A stretch of DNA of 33,286 nt from an uncultured Chthonomonadaceae bacterium (GTDB taxonomy: Bacteria > Armatimonadota > Chthonomonadetes > Chthonomonadales > Chthonomonadaceae). How positions within the stretch are numbered: the first letter of the stretch is position 1; each line of letters opens with the position of its first letter. The DNA lies in the NCBI GenBank assembly GCA_963835065.1, contig CAWIEK010000010.1:1-33286 (forward strand), given 5' to 3'. Below are positions 1 through 10,050 of the stretch, one piece after another. The notes beneath the pieces are model-generated. The model was not told the origin of the DNA and did no database searches. It saw only the letters and a list, made by a program, of their open reading frames with translations. The translations under genes were made by a program, and so were the position numbers.

Positions 1-285
1 CCCTGGAAGCGCGAGTGCAAAAAATGACGCGGGAGGAACAAGATCACTTCTACGCCACCAGTGGCTTTGACGTGCATCGGAGTACGTTTTTGGGACTGTG
101 ACCACTGTATTTCCGTCGTGGAAGGGGGTGGGGAATGCGGAATTGAGAATTATCAAACGTTGTGCCAGCCCTGCCATAAGCGGAAAACCGCGCAGCTTAC
201 CAGACGCCTGGCCGCGCAACGGCACGCGGGAAAACCGCTCTTTGCGCCGGAGCCGATGCCCTTGCAGGAGGCATTACCCTTATGA
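1..285 (+). CDS. HNH endonuclease (C-terminal part, probably truncated at window edge)
   Basis: WDCDHCISVVEGGG..ENYQTLCQPCHKRKT matches the phage HNH motif DH...GG...N...LC..CH..KT. Confidence 0.8.
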
Positions 286-917
286 TCGTCCTTTTCGGCA
301 AAACCAGCGGCTCCCAAGGCACGGCAGTATTTCGGCAGTCGGAGCAACCTGGGCATCATGGTTCGTCCGAAAGCGCTGGAAGCGCCCCTGGTGTCCGCAT
401 TGGGCCTGTGACAATGACGCCTACGCAAATCGTGACGATCCGGCCTGGTGGTGCAGAGAAGGCGAAGCGCGCTGGCTGAAGATGTTGGACAAGGTTGCCG
501 CACAGGAAAGTAGGCCCTTGTTCTGTGTCCTGCCAGACGTGGTTGCGAATTGGGCAGCTACGCTGAGCGCGCAGTCGTTATCGTGCCGAACTGCTGTCAC
601 GTGGACTGCCGGTTGCGGTTGCCTTGCAGGATGGCTGCGATTTCCGGGAAGCGGGAGGGCTGAACCCGGACTTTGTGTTTGTGGGCGGCATACAGAATGG
701 AGTGGACAAACGCGCATCTCGCCTGTAACTACTTCCAGCCGCGCGGCATCAGGGTACACATAGGGCGCGCCTGTGGGCCGGATCGGATTACGCGCTGCCT
801 ACGCATGAGGGCAGATAGCTGCGATGGCACAGGATGGGGCGCGTTGCCGATAAGATGTTGCCCGGCTTATGGCGGGCATTAGATGCTTGGAAGTGGCAAG
901 AAACCCTTCCTTTATAA
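282..917 (+). CDS. TGT/DpdA-like (queuine tRNA-ribosyltransferase-like) phage protein, frameshifted
   Basis: Stitched across frames: WACDNDAY, LFCVLPDVVANWAAT, PVAVALQDG, FVFVGG, VHIGR, ADSCDGTGW. ATGA overlap with the HNH gene; stop TAA at 915-917. Confidence 0.55.
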
Positions 918-951
918 TAGGGGGATGCCGGCATGTCGCAAATAGGAAAGG

Positions 952-1194
952 ATGGAAACTGCCCGTGCAGGCGTGACCGGGGAGGTCGCGCCCCTGCCGG
1001 GCTGCCCCCCGCCTCGATGTACCGCATTGAGTGGCACGGCTATGCGGGCTTTAAAAATCATATACGACAGCATGGGTATTCTGGAGCGGCCTCACGATCC
1101 GCCCCGCCGCGAGAGGAAGAAGCAATGGTTGGTGGTTAGTTATAAGGACGTGCCAGGGATTGCAAATGACGTAAACTGTTATTTTCATCCTTAA
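952..1194 (+). CDS. hypothetical protein (start uncertain)
   Basis: ORF following the previous gene, convergent with the minus-strand cassette; no motif recognised. Confidence 0.3.
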   Translation: METARAGVTGEVAPLPGCPPPRCTALSGTAMRALKIIYDSMGILERPHDPPRRERKKQWLVVSYKDVPGIANDVNCYFHP

Positions 1195-1206
1195 TCCTTC
1201 AAAAAG

Positions 1207-1711
1207 CTATTGGGTTTTATGCAGTTTTTTATGCGGGTGAATCTCAAGTAAGTCAATGCCCTTCAACGTCTCTTGAGCGCTTCCTGTACCATTTCCAGTG
1301 ACCAAAACAGCATCTACTAGCCCCAGAGCGGCGAGAGCGGCCTGTTCCGGCCTGACGGCGGCATGTTCGTCTTTTTTCCCCTCTAATCCCTTCCAGATAT
1401 TGTGTCCAAAGGCAGGATGGCTCCAAAAGGTGTCAGGAGTGCCGGGCGTGTTTTGGGAGAATATCTGGTATTTGCTCCATTGCTCACATTTAGGGCAGTA
1501 GATTTGCCGTAGCTTGTTTTGGCAGCAGGGGCACGAAATAAAATGAATATCCTGACCAAGACGCAGAACCGTATAGCCTTTCAGCCCGCCCCATTGCCCC
1601 ACTGTTTGATCAGCGCGGCTTCGCTGTGCGCGTGTCGCCTTGTATTGCCGCCCCGGATCGAGGTCGAGTAAATTTGAGTTGGCTTTGTTGGGTTGGCAGT
1701 AATTCGTTCAC
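1207..1711 (-). CDS. hypothetical Cys-rich protein (N-terminus probably frameshifted)
   Basis: ORF 1207..1602 with CPCC and CPKC; possible GTG start near 1711 in another frame. Confidence 0.35.
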
Positions 1712-1803
1712 GTCGCACCCCCTCACCGGGCAGATGATAACGCGCGCCTTTCACTCCCCTTCGGTAACTCCTTGCAATTCTACCTGATGTCTGGGACAGA
1801 GGC

Positions 1804-2678
1804 TCATCGTTGCGCCTCCGGGCTGGGATTTTCGATTTTCGATTTTCGATTTTCGATTTTGGAAGGGGTCCGTTCCTGTTCCTGTACGTTTAGACAGGAT
1901 TGCAGGCGTTTGCGTGCCACCTCGCTGTAGTGTTCGTCCTTCTCCATCCCGATGAAGTTGCGCCCGGTGTTGAGGCAGGCAACGCCGGTACTGCCGGAGC
2001 CGCAGCAATTGTCGAGAACGACTTCACCTTCTTGTGTGTAAGTGCGCAGGAAGTATTCCAGTACCGGAACCGGTTTTTGCGTGGGATGTGCGTTATTATT
2101 GTTCGGATTGGCAAAGCGTACAACGGAACGAGGATACCGCTCTCCTGTATTGTTGACTTCATACGCCCGACTGCCAGGCCGCGTCATTCCTCCCCATTCT
2201 AAGCGCTCCACGCTATAGCGTTTGCTATAAGGCTTGCCGACTTGCATTTGAGGATAGTAAGCCATGCGCCTCAGCGACTGCTTGCAATGTGTTGCGGCTC
2301 CCTCACTGAAAACCACAATGTTTTCATGCGATTTCAGCGGCTTGTTCTTGGCATGTAAAAAGCCAGAAGCCAAGGTTTTCTCCCAGACCCATTCATACTT
2401 CAACCAGGCGAGATTGGAAGCGATCAGAAGTGTGGTAAAGGGCTGGCTACTAAACAGCACAATCGCCCCATACTTCTTAATGATACGTTTGTACTCTTTC
2501 CACAGCGGCTCCAAAGGGAATAATCACATCCCACTTGCAGGCAGTAGTTCCGTAAGGAAGGTCTGCAAAAATCATATCCACGCTGTGATCGGGCAGGGAG
2601 GGCATCAGGGACAGGCAATCCCAAGAATACAGCGTGACGTTGGGCGTATGAAGGATAGGTGTTCGGATTGAGGGTCAT
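1804..2678 (-). CDS. beta-class DNA amino-methyltransferase (N4/N6), frameshifted near N-terminus
   Basis: DCLSLM..SVDMIFADLPYGTTACKWD (motif IV DLPY) in an upstream frame, then KYEWVWEK, HENIVVF, HPTQKP, VLDNCCGSGSTGVA (motif I), RNFIGME. Confidence 0.92.
1827..1860. repeat. heptamer tandem repeat (GATTTTC) x ~5
   Basis: Read directly; encodes KIENRKS repeats at the MTase C-terminus. Confidence 0.95.
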
Positions 2679-3464
2679 GCTGCCCTCCTGCTGGTGGAGA
2701 CAATTTAAACTTGCGGTCGGGCGGCAGTTGGCGCTTCCAGAGGCTCATCTTGCCGGGAGGCTTGCGATAGATTTCCACTTGGCTAAGGTCGGTGAATTCT
2801 CTGGGGGTGAGTTCGGCGTGATTATCGAACCCCATCGCGGAACCCGTCCACTCCCGTAACTGACGCTCGGCGGCGCGCAGCAGGTTGCAGACGGTGTTGC
2901 AATGGCGACCAAAAGTTTCCGCAATTTCGAGGTTGGTGAACCCATCGAGGTGCGCGTTGACCATTAACATTTGCGTACGCGGGAGTTGGTTGATGTAGCC
3001 TTGATGCGTTTCGCGCCAGTTGGGTTCTGAAGTCGCTTCCACATCGCGGGCGGCATCGAGGGGGAGTGTGGGCACTTCGCAGCTGTCGAGGCTGCGGTAA
3101 CGGAGGCAGGAGCGGCAATGTATCTGCCCGATCCAGCGCGCGAAGCGAGAGTGCCAGTCAAGCAGCTTCGCCTCATAGTCGTAGCGGCAGGGATCGAAAC
3201 GCTCCAGGATGATCAGAGCGCACAGACGCACGTCCGCAACCAGGTCGAGCGCTTCTTCCGGGGTGCAGCGCAGATCGGCAAGCGTCCGCTTTTTAAGGGA
3301 GTGAAGAGTTTTTGGAAGGCTTCGGCAAACTGTTTCTCAGACAGACGTGACGCCACAGCAAATCCTTGCGGATTGACGCTGTGGGGCGTGCTGGCAGGAG
3401 GGGGCATCCAGGAGGCGCGCGCGGCGCAGACACTCGCGCAGGGGCGGGAGTGTTCCTGGTCCAC
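2675..3464 (-). CDS. sigma70/ECF-like protein with region-4 HTH, frameshifted
   Basis: INQLPRTQMLMVNAHLDGFTNLEIAETFGRHCNTVCNLLRAAERQL is a typical region 4. Upstream EALDLVADV...ERFDP resembles region 2. A likely true stop TGA overlaps the MTase ATG (2675-2678). Confidence 0.65.
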
Positions 3465-3480
3465 AAATTAGAGAAAAACG

Positions 3481-3824
3481 TTAAATGGTGACGAGCCGCT
3501 GCCGGCGCGTATCAATAAAATCGGCAAACGTATCCACCATGCGGCGCATGGCTTCGGCCAGGGTTTGTTCCGTATGTTCCTGCGCCATCGCCAATTGCAG
3601 GCGCTCGCGCAGGAGATCGGCGTTCTACATTCTCTTCGTGGAAGAGGTTGAGAGCCTTGCAGCGGGGGCAGGGATGCACAATGCCGCTCAACCGTCCGGC
3701 AGAGGAGCCGAAATAGTGCTGGCAACGGCTGCCATTGTCGCGCTGGCCGCCGCAGCGCAGTTCGCGGGTCGGCGTGATAATGCCAGAGGGTGTTGGAAGC
3801 GTCCGTATTGGAAGGCGCGCGCAT
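3481..3824 (-). CDS. Com-like zinc-ribbon protein with helical C-terminus, frameshifted
   Basis: AAGGAG RBS then ATG at 3824; RELRC..(insert)..RC.HYF...HPCPRCKALN resembles the Mu Com family; tail ADLLRERLQLAMAQ...VTI* in a third frame. Confidence 0.55.
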
Positions 3825-4194
3825 GGTTGCTCCTTTAATTCGACCCACAGGGTAGCAGGAACGTGGAATGGAGCGTAGGGGCGACATGGACAGCAGTGAC
3901 TTAGCCCGGCTGAAAAATTGCAGAGCAAGAGATTGCAGACCGTATCGCAAATATTTCACGAAATGGACGAACCATGCACTAATTCCCAAACATAAAGACG
4001 CGGGACGGAAGTCTCCTAAAGCCGCCGTTGTGGGTCTCGTCAATTATTTTAGGGCAGATTGTGCATTTGGCGCGGAATTTGGCATTTAGAGAGTAGACAG
4101 GAATTCAAAAGCCTTTATTTCCCGTTTTTCAGCGCCTCGGCTCCTCGCAGCCGGGGCGCGTTGCGCTTTGGCTGGTTCGTTCATGGAGGAAAGT

Positions 4195-4650
4195 ATGCGC
4201 CCATCTCTGGCAGGTTCCGTTTCCCGTGTATTCCTAGTCTGTGGCGGGCTACAGTTCCCAACCCTGTTTAAGCCGGAAGCCCCCCACGTGGCGCGAATAA
4301 TTCACCGGGATGAGGGTCCGCAACAACCGCTTACCTGTGTTTCGCGGGAGATGCGATTGTCCGACTTTTCGTTGGACGAAATGGAGCGCATACAGGAGGC
4401 CGACGAAGGCACGATTGACCTGGAGGATTTATTTGGGGAAGGCGCGTTCTGGGACCAAAGTTCCGCGCTGCGCAGCTTTTTGGAACCGTTGGCTTTGCTC
4501 AAACCCTTGTTTGCAGATCGCGGTTCCTACGGGCAGGCCGCCGCCCTTCGCGCTCAGGCCATTCGGACACGGAAACGCCGGCAACTCGCGCCTTTTGCGG
4601 TTCGCCGTCGCCGCGCCCGCAACCAGACACGTCCGCCGCACCACAGGTAA
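4195..4650 (+). CDS. hypothetical protein, first gene of late operon
   Basis: GGAGGA RBS before ATG 4195; basic C-terminus. Confidence 0.55.
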   Translation: MRPSLAGSVSRVFLVCGGLQFPTLFKPEAPHVARIIHRDEGPQQPLTCVSREMRLSDFSLDEMERIQEADEGTIDLEDLFGEGAFWDQSSALRSFLEPLALLKPLFADRGSYGQAAALRAQAIRTRKRRQLAPFAVRRRRARNQTRPPHHR

Positions 4651-4654
4651 GTCC

Positions 4655-4930
4655 ATGTCGCACAACCAACAGCGCGAAACCAGCAACTATCGGGATACGC
4701 GCCCCAGTTTGCGCACCACCCGCTTCACGCGAACCGAACACGCCCAGTTAGCCGCGTATCTCGTGTCGCGCACCGCTCTGGTGCTGGATCAGTTCCCGAT
4801 GTTTGGCATCCACTCCCTGATGGAGTTGGGCCCTTATCGAGACTTATTGAAACGGGACCCGAAAGCCGCGCAGGACGTGCGGGATTTGGCGTCCGCGCGC
4901 GGCATCCCGGAACGAGTAGGCAAGGAGTAA
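4655..4930 (+). CDS. hypothetical protein
   Basis: Tightly packed ORF (MSHNQQRE...). Confidence 0.55.
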   Translation: MSHNQQRETSNYRDTRPSLRTTRFTRTEHAQLAAYLVSRTALVLDQFPMFGIHSLMELGPYRDLLKRDPKAAQDVRDLASARGIPERVGKE

Positions 4931-4934
4931 GGAA

Positions 4935-5189
4935 ATGGCGCAACGCGAACATGTGCGGGTGCGCGTGAATGATCGGACGTTTTGTCATGAGAACAATTGC
5001 CGAAGCTGCCTGATGACCCTCTTTGATGGTTTACGTCATGAAGCGGAGTGCAGCCGCGCCGATTGTGACAACCATTTGCGCGAGGAGGAGGACGAGCTGC
5101 CGCCCACACCCCTGCATGGCCCGGTGAAATCGCCCGCGCCCCATTCCACGCAGCCGTTGCCGCCGGAACTGCCCTTCTCTCCTGAGTAG
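4935..5189 (+). CDS. small Cys/His-rich hypothetical protein
   Basis: AAGGAG/AAGGA RBS; CHENNCRSC...HEAECSRADCDNH. Confidence 0.55.
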   Translation: MAQREHVRVRVNDRTFCHENNCRSCLMTLFDGLRHEAECSRADCDNHLREEEDELPPTPLHGPVKSPAPHSTQPLPPELPFSPE

Positions 5190-5307
5190 TGATTTATGAC
5201 AGCCTGAAGGATTTGCCTTCCTCCCTTTGAGAGCGACACGCCTGTTGGCGACATGCCGGGGAGTTCTGCGAAAGTGGAGGCTGTCTCCCCGAATTATGTG
5301 AGGCAAT

Positions 5308-6157
5308 ATGCCTGCGCCCAAACTGACCGATCAGCGTTTCGCGGAATTTCTCGCGCTCGACATTCCCGCCGAAGACATCGCCGAATGGTTTCGTCCCCTC
5401 AGCGTGGCGGACGTCCAGGCGCGCCTGGATGCCTCAATTGCGAACAAGCAGCAAAAGGCCGAACGCAAGAAACAGCAGCCGAAAAAAAAGCGTCGCGACC
5501 GAGAACGTCAGCAGCGTCTCGCCGAATTGCGCAGCGTGATACGCCGCCGTCCGCTTACCCCCCGATGTTTTGTTTGCCGAAGGAAAAAGAGGAGGGCGTT
5601 CCCTCCCGGGCCTTCGCCGGAGCTGCGGGACTGGCTTCTTGCATTTTTGTCGACCCGTCGGGCGACTTCACCAATGACCGTCATGAACATCTGCTGCTGG
5701 CCGACATTGGCGTGTTATGGACAAGCGTTCCCAACAGCAGCAAGGGCAAGCGCGTTCTTGCGCAGGCGGAATCCCCGTTTCCGCGCGGCGACAAGTGGAG
5801 CAAGGGACGGCAATTGTGGCAGTTGGAGCAGTGGTTCGGAACGGTGCCCGACTTCGTGCTGACCTTCGACGCGAACTGGGCGCTGGAAGCCGACGATTGG
5901 GCGTTTTGTGCCGTGTGCGAGCATGAATTGTGCCATTGTGCCCAGCGGCTCGATGCGGATGGCTGCCCCCGTGTCAACGAGGAAACCGGTAAAGCCCTGT
6001 TTCTCATTTCGGGCACGATGTGGAGCAGTTTGTGGACGTGGTGGCGCGCTACGGAGCCAGAGCCGCGAGGGTGGAAGCCCTGGTGGAAGCCGCGAACGAG
6101 GGACCCTACTTTGAAGCCGTGGACATCGAAGGCGCGTGTGGAACCTGCTTGAAATAG
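5308..6157 (+). CDS. putative phage metallopeptidase, frameshifted
   Basis: WFGTVPDFVLTFDA..FCAVCEHELCH (HExxH)..GHDVEQFVDVVARYGA..ACGTC; this family is usually found upstream of terminase genes. Confidence 0.85.
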
Positions 6158-6176
6158 CCGGAATTCAGCAAGAGGC

Positions 6177-6240
6177 ACTTCAAGAAAAACAGCACTCAGT
6201 CTTATCTCAAAACGGCGGTTTTCTTGAAGTTTCTTGAAGT
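6177..6240. repeat. inverted repeat ACTTCAAGAAAA/TTTTCTTGAAGT plus tandem TTCTTGAAGT x2
   Basis: 6177-6188 pairs with 6219-6230; 10-mer repeated at 6221-6230 and 6231-6240. Confidence 0.85.
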
Positions 6241-6266
6241 TGGCGAGGGTTTTGAGGCTATGCGAC

Positions 6267-6725
6267 ATGGCGGATTTAACGAGCGAACAACAGGAATTGA
6301 TTATGGTTCGTCTGGCCTGCTACGCGGACTCCAAGGAAATTATACGGAATTCAAAGAGACGTATGGACGTTAAACTGAACTTTATTCGCAAATCAGCTTA
6401 CTATGATCCTCTGACGCGCAGGGCAGTCGCGAACTAAACAAGGAATGGAAAGACCTGTTTTGGACGACGCGCAAGAGAACATACGTGACGCGTTCTGAAA
6501 AAAATGCCCTTCCCAATCAGGATATCGCCTCCTGTGTTATTACCGGATCGTTTCCGACCCTGTTTTGGGAAAAACGCAAACTGGCCTTGAAAGCCCTTCG
6601 AGCAAGTCGCTAAAGAACTGGGCGGCATGTATGAGCGGCAGGAAGAGGCCGGCGATGTCGAAGCGCAAATCGATGAAATCCTGGCGCGGCTGGTCAAAGC
6701 GAAAACACAAAGAAAAACTGGGTGA
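6267..6725 (+). CDS. DUF2280-family putative terminase small subunit, frameshifted
   Basis: MADLTSEQQELIMVRLACY..YYDP..LNKEWKDLFWTTR..EQVAKELGGMY; directly upstream of TerL. Confidence 0.75.
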
Positions 6726-8168
6726 TGCGCTCGAACAGAGAATTCAGGAGATTGTGCAGGAGCATCCCGCAGACGATTTCCTCTGTACATTTCGGGAGTT
6801 CGTCTGCAAAGTGCGCCCTTCGTACCGATGGTACAAACATTGCGAGATTTTGTGTGACGTGCTGCAGCGCGCTGCCGATGGGAAGATCAAGCGTTTGATG
6901 GTCTTTATGCCGCCTCGACACGGCAAAAGCGAACTCTGCAGCCGCTTGTTTTCTGCTTATTTTCTCTATCGGTATCCGCAGCGTTGGGTGGCGGTCACGA
7001 GCTACGCCGCAGACCTGGCTTATACCCTCAGCCGCGCCGCGCAGGAAAACTACCGGGAAGCGGGGGGCCGATCAAGGGCAGCGCGAGTGCGGTCAAACAC
7101 TGGGAAACCGGCAAAGGCGGCGGCTTCTGGGCGGCAGGCGTGGGCGGTCCCGCGACCGGCAAGGGCTGGCATTTAGGGATTGTGGACGACCCTCTCAAGA
7201 ACGCGCAGGAAGCCGCGTCCGAGGTCATTCGCAACGGGCAGAAAGAATGGTACGGCTCCACCTGGTATACCCGCGAAGAACCCTGGAGCGATACCGATCC
7301 GAACGGCTTGCTCATCATCATCCAGACCCGCTGGCACGAAGACGATCTGGCAGGCTGGCAGCTTGCCGAAGAAGCGACGGCCGCGCTCGACCCGGAAGAA
7401 GGCGAACCCGAAGGCTGGCACATCGTCTCCATGCCCGCCATCATGGAGGACACGCGGAAAGACGTTTCCCGGCCACCTGCACGGTAGAACCCGACTGGCG
7501 GCAAAACGGCGAAGCGCTTTGCCCCGAACGCCGCCCGCTTGCCAAGCTCAAGAAGATCGCCGCCCGTATCGGCGGCTATTTTTTCGGCGCGCTCTTTCAG
7601 CAGCGTCCGACCGCCAAAGAAGGCAGCTTCTTCAAGGTCGCCAAACTGGAAATCGTGGACGCGCTGCCCGCGAACCTGCCGGCCTGCCGCGCCTGGGACA
7701 TGGCGGCGACGGAAGGCAGCGGGGCGTTTACGGCGGGCGTGAAGATGGCCGGGCCGGACAAAGACGGGCATCTTTTATGTGGCGGACGTGAAGCGCGGGC
7801 AATGGGGAACGGATACCCGCAACGCGCAGATCAAGCAGACCGCGCAACTGGATGGCGTGACCGTGCGCGTGCGCGGCCCGCAAGACCCCGGCGCGGCAGG
7901 CAAAGAAGCGGCGACCGCGTTCACGCGCTTGTTGGCCGGGCTTCACGGTCCACGTCGCGACTGTCAGCGGCGACAAGCAGCTGCGCGCCGATCCGTTTTC
8001 AGCGCGCAAGTCAATGCCGGCAACGTGCGCCTGGTGAGAGGCGCGTGGAACAAAGACTTCATTGAGGAACTGCGCCAGTTTCCCAATGGTACGTACAAAG
8101 ACCAGGTGGATGCGGCGGCAGATGGCTTTACGGAATTGGCGGCAAAACGCACGATCTCGTTTGAGTGA
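6706..8168 (+). CDS. terL: terminase large subunit, frameshifted (start uncertain)
   Basis: RLMVFMPPRHGKSEL (Walker A), GVGGPATGKG..IVDDPLK (Walker B), IQTRWHEDDL, RAWDMA, FPNGTYKDQVDA. Confidence 0.95.
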
Positions 8169-8185
8169 TACGCCTGAAGGTGACT

Positions 8186-9496
8186 ATGAACTTCTCCCTG
8201 ACCATCGGGCGATTTCACAATCGGCACGAAAAAGGCGGCGCGCTTGCCGATGGCAACGGCGGGGTCGGGCGCGTCACGGCTGGGCCAGTGGCTGCGCAAC
8301 ACCCTGCTCCCGTCGTCTACCGTAGATTACCGTGCCCTGGCAGGCGACCGGTGGCGCAACAGCATTGTGGCCGCGTCCCTGCAATGGATCAACCGCAACA
8401 TGGTGCAGGCTCCCCTGCGCGTGTATGTGCGCGACGCGCAAGGCAAAGCGCTTCCGCTCGTCAACCATCCCCTGGAGCAATTGCTGCGGCGTCCCAACAA
8501 GCAGTATGACGGAGACACGCTGCGCAAGGCGATCATGCTTTCGCTGGTAACGGGCGCGAGTAACGCTTACGTGTGGATCAAGCGCGACAAGGGCAGCGGC
8601 CTGCCGATGGAATTGTGGTACATCCCCCATTTCCAGATATGGCCGTACTGGGTCGAAGACGCCACGACGGACAACTGGCTGGCGGGTTACGTGTATCGCT
8701 GCAACGGCGTGGACACGCTCCTTGCGCCCGAAAATGTGATCCATTTCCGCGACGGTATTGATCCTTACAACCAGCGCCTGGGGTCTGACCTCCTGGATTC
8801 CGGCAGCCGCGAACTCGTGGCCGACAACGAGGCGAGCGGCTATCTGGTGACGATGCTCAAGAATTTGGGCATCACGCCGGTCATCATTTCGCCCAAAGAC
8901 CCGAACGTAGATTTCGACCAGGCGACTAGGGATGTCATCAAGGCCCAATTTGAAGAGCAGGTGACGGGCGACAATCGGTTCCGCCCCGTTGTGGGCAGTG
9001 GCGGCGTCGACGTGCAGCAGATACAGCTTTCGCCCCGCGACATGCTCCTTGATACCGCCCAGGACAACCCGGAAGCCCGCCTGTGCGCCCTGATCGGCGT
9101 TCCTGCGGTCGTGCTGGGTTTGAAAGTGGGATTGGACCACTCGACGTACGCCAACATGGGAGAAGCGCGCCGGGCGGCCTGGGAAGACGGCATTGTCCCC
9201 CGCAACCTGCTGATTTGCGCGCATCTGACGCATCAACTCCTGCCGGACTTCGAGGCGAACCCGAATGCGTTTGTGGATGCCGATTACAGCCGCGTGAAGG
9301 CACTGCAGGACAATCAAAGCGATTTGCTCAAGACCATCACGCTGGCGGCGGGGCGTCCCGTCCTGACCGTCAACGAAGCGCGCGAACGATTGGGCTACGA
9401 CACGATCACGGGGGCGAACAGTTGTATTTGCCGCCGGCTCCCGCCAAACCTGCCGCGTCCGACGATGCGAATCCCGAATTGGAGGAACAGCCATGA
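8186..9496 (+). CDS. phage portal protein (HK97-like)
   Basis: NHPLEQLLRRPN, NAYVWIKRD, ENVIHFR, LIGVPAVVLG..STYANM, LTVNEARERLGY; follows TerL; both ends frameshifted. Confidence 0.93.
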
Positions 9497-9624
9497 ACGA
9501 GTTGCAGGGACGTAAAGAAGTCGGACAGGCCGTTGCCATTGCGGCGCTGACCACACTTGCCAACAGTCTCATTGCGTGGGGCGTGGACACGGCGAAGGAA
9601 AGAATGCAGGAGCAGTCACAATGA
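9493..9624 (+). CDS. 43-aa hydrophobic peptide
   Basis: GGAGG RBS, ATGA overlaps at both ends; MNELQGRKEVGQAVAIAALTTLANSLIAWGVDTAKERMQEQSQ. Confidence 0.6.
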   Translation: MNELQGRKEVGQAVAIAALTTLANSLIAWGVDTAKERMQEQSQ

Positions 9625-10050
9625 AACCGATTGGTGAAATTGGCGAAGCGACCATATTCGGCATACGCGATTTACAGGGCACAGCACCCTTTGCTATACA
9701 AACCGTACGCTACGAATGGAGTGGCGATCCGAAAGCGCCGTGGCAGATTAATGGGACGGCAATCCTCTACGCCGGAGGCGATCCCGACGCGCTGCGCGTT
9801 ACCTGTTTCCCGTGGCCGCTGCTGCGCATTTCCGAAATCGATTACAATTGGGACACAGCGTACTATGTGCGCGCGGACGCGCATCATCCCATTATGCGGG
9901 CTTGCTGGAATGTCCGGCGCTGGCTCCTGCCGCTTTTGAAGCGGGCCTGACTTTCGGTTCATCGTCACCCTTTCTGTTTGGAACCTTGCCGTTATCAATG
10001 ACGGCGAAATACCGGCCTGGAAGCACGTCGTCAGGCGCTGGAAACCATGA
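9621..10050 (+). CDS. hypothetical protein (frameshift near 9945)
   Basis: AGGAG RBS; ATGA-coupled to both neighbours when stitched. Confidence 0.55.

Noticed and set aside
8274..9590. Long antisense ORFs (also 11732..12601, 13787..14668, 15279..16355)
   Set aside because: Shadows of well-supported + strand genes in GC-rich DNA.
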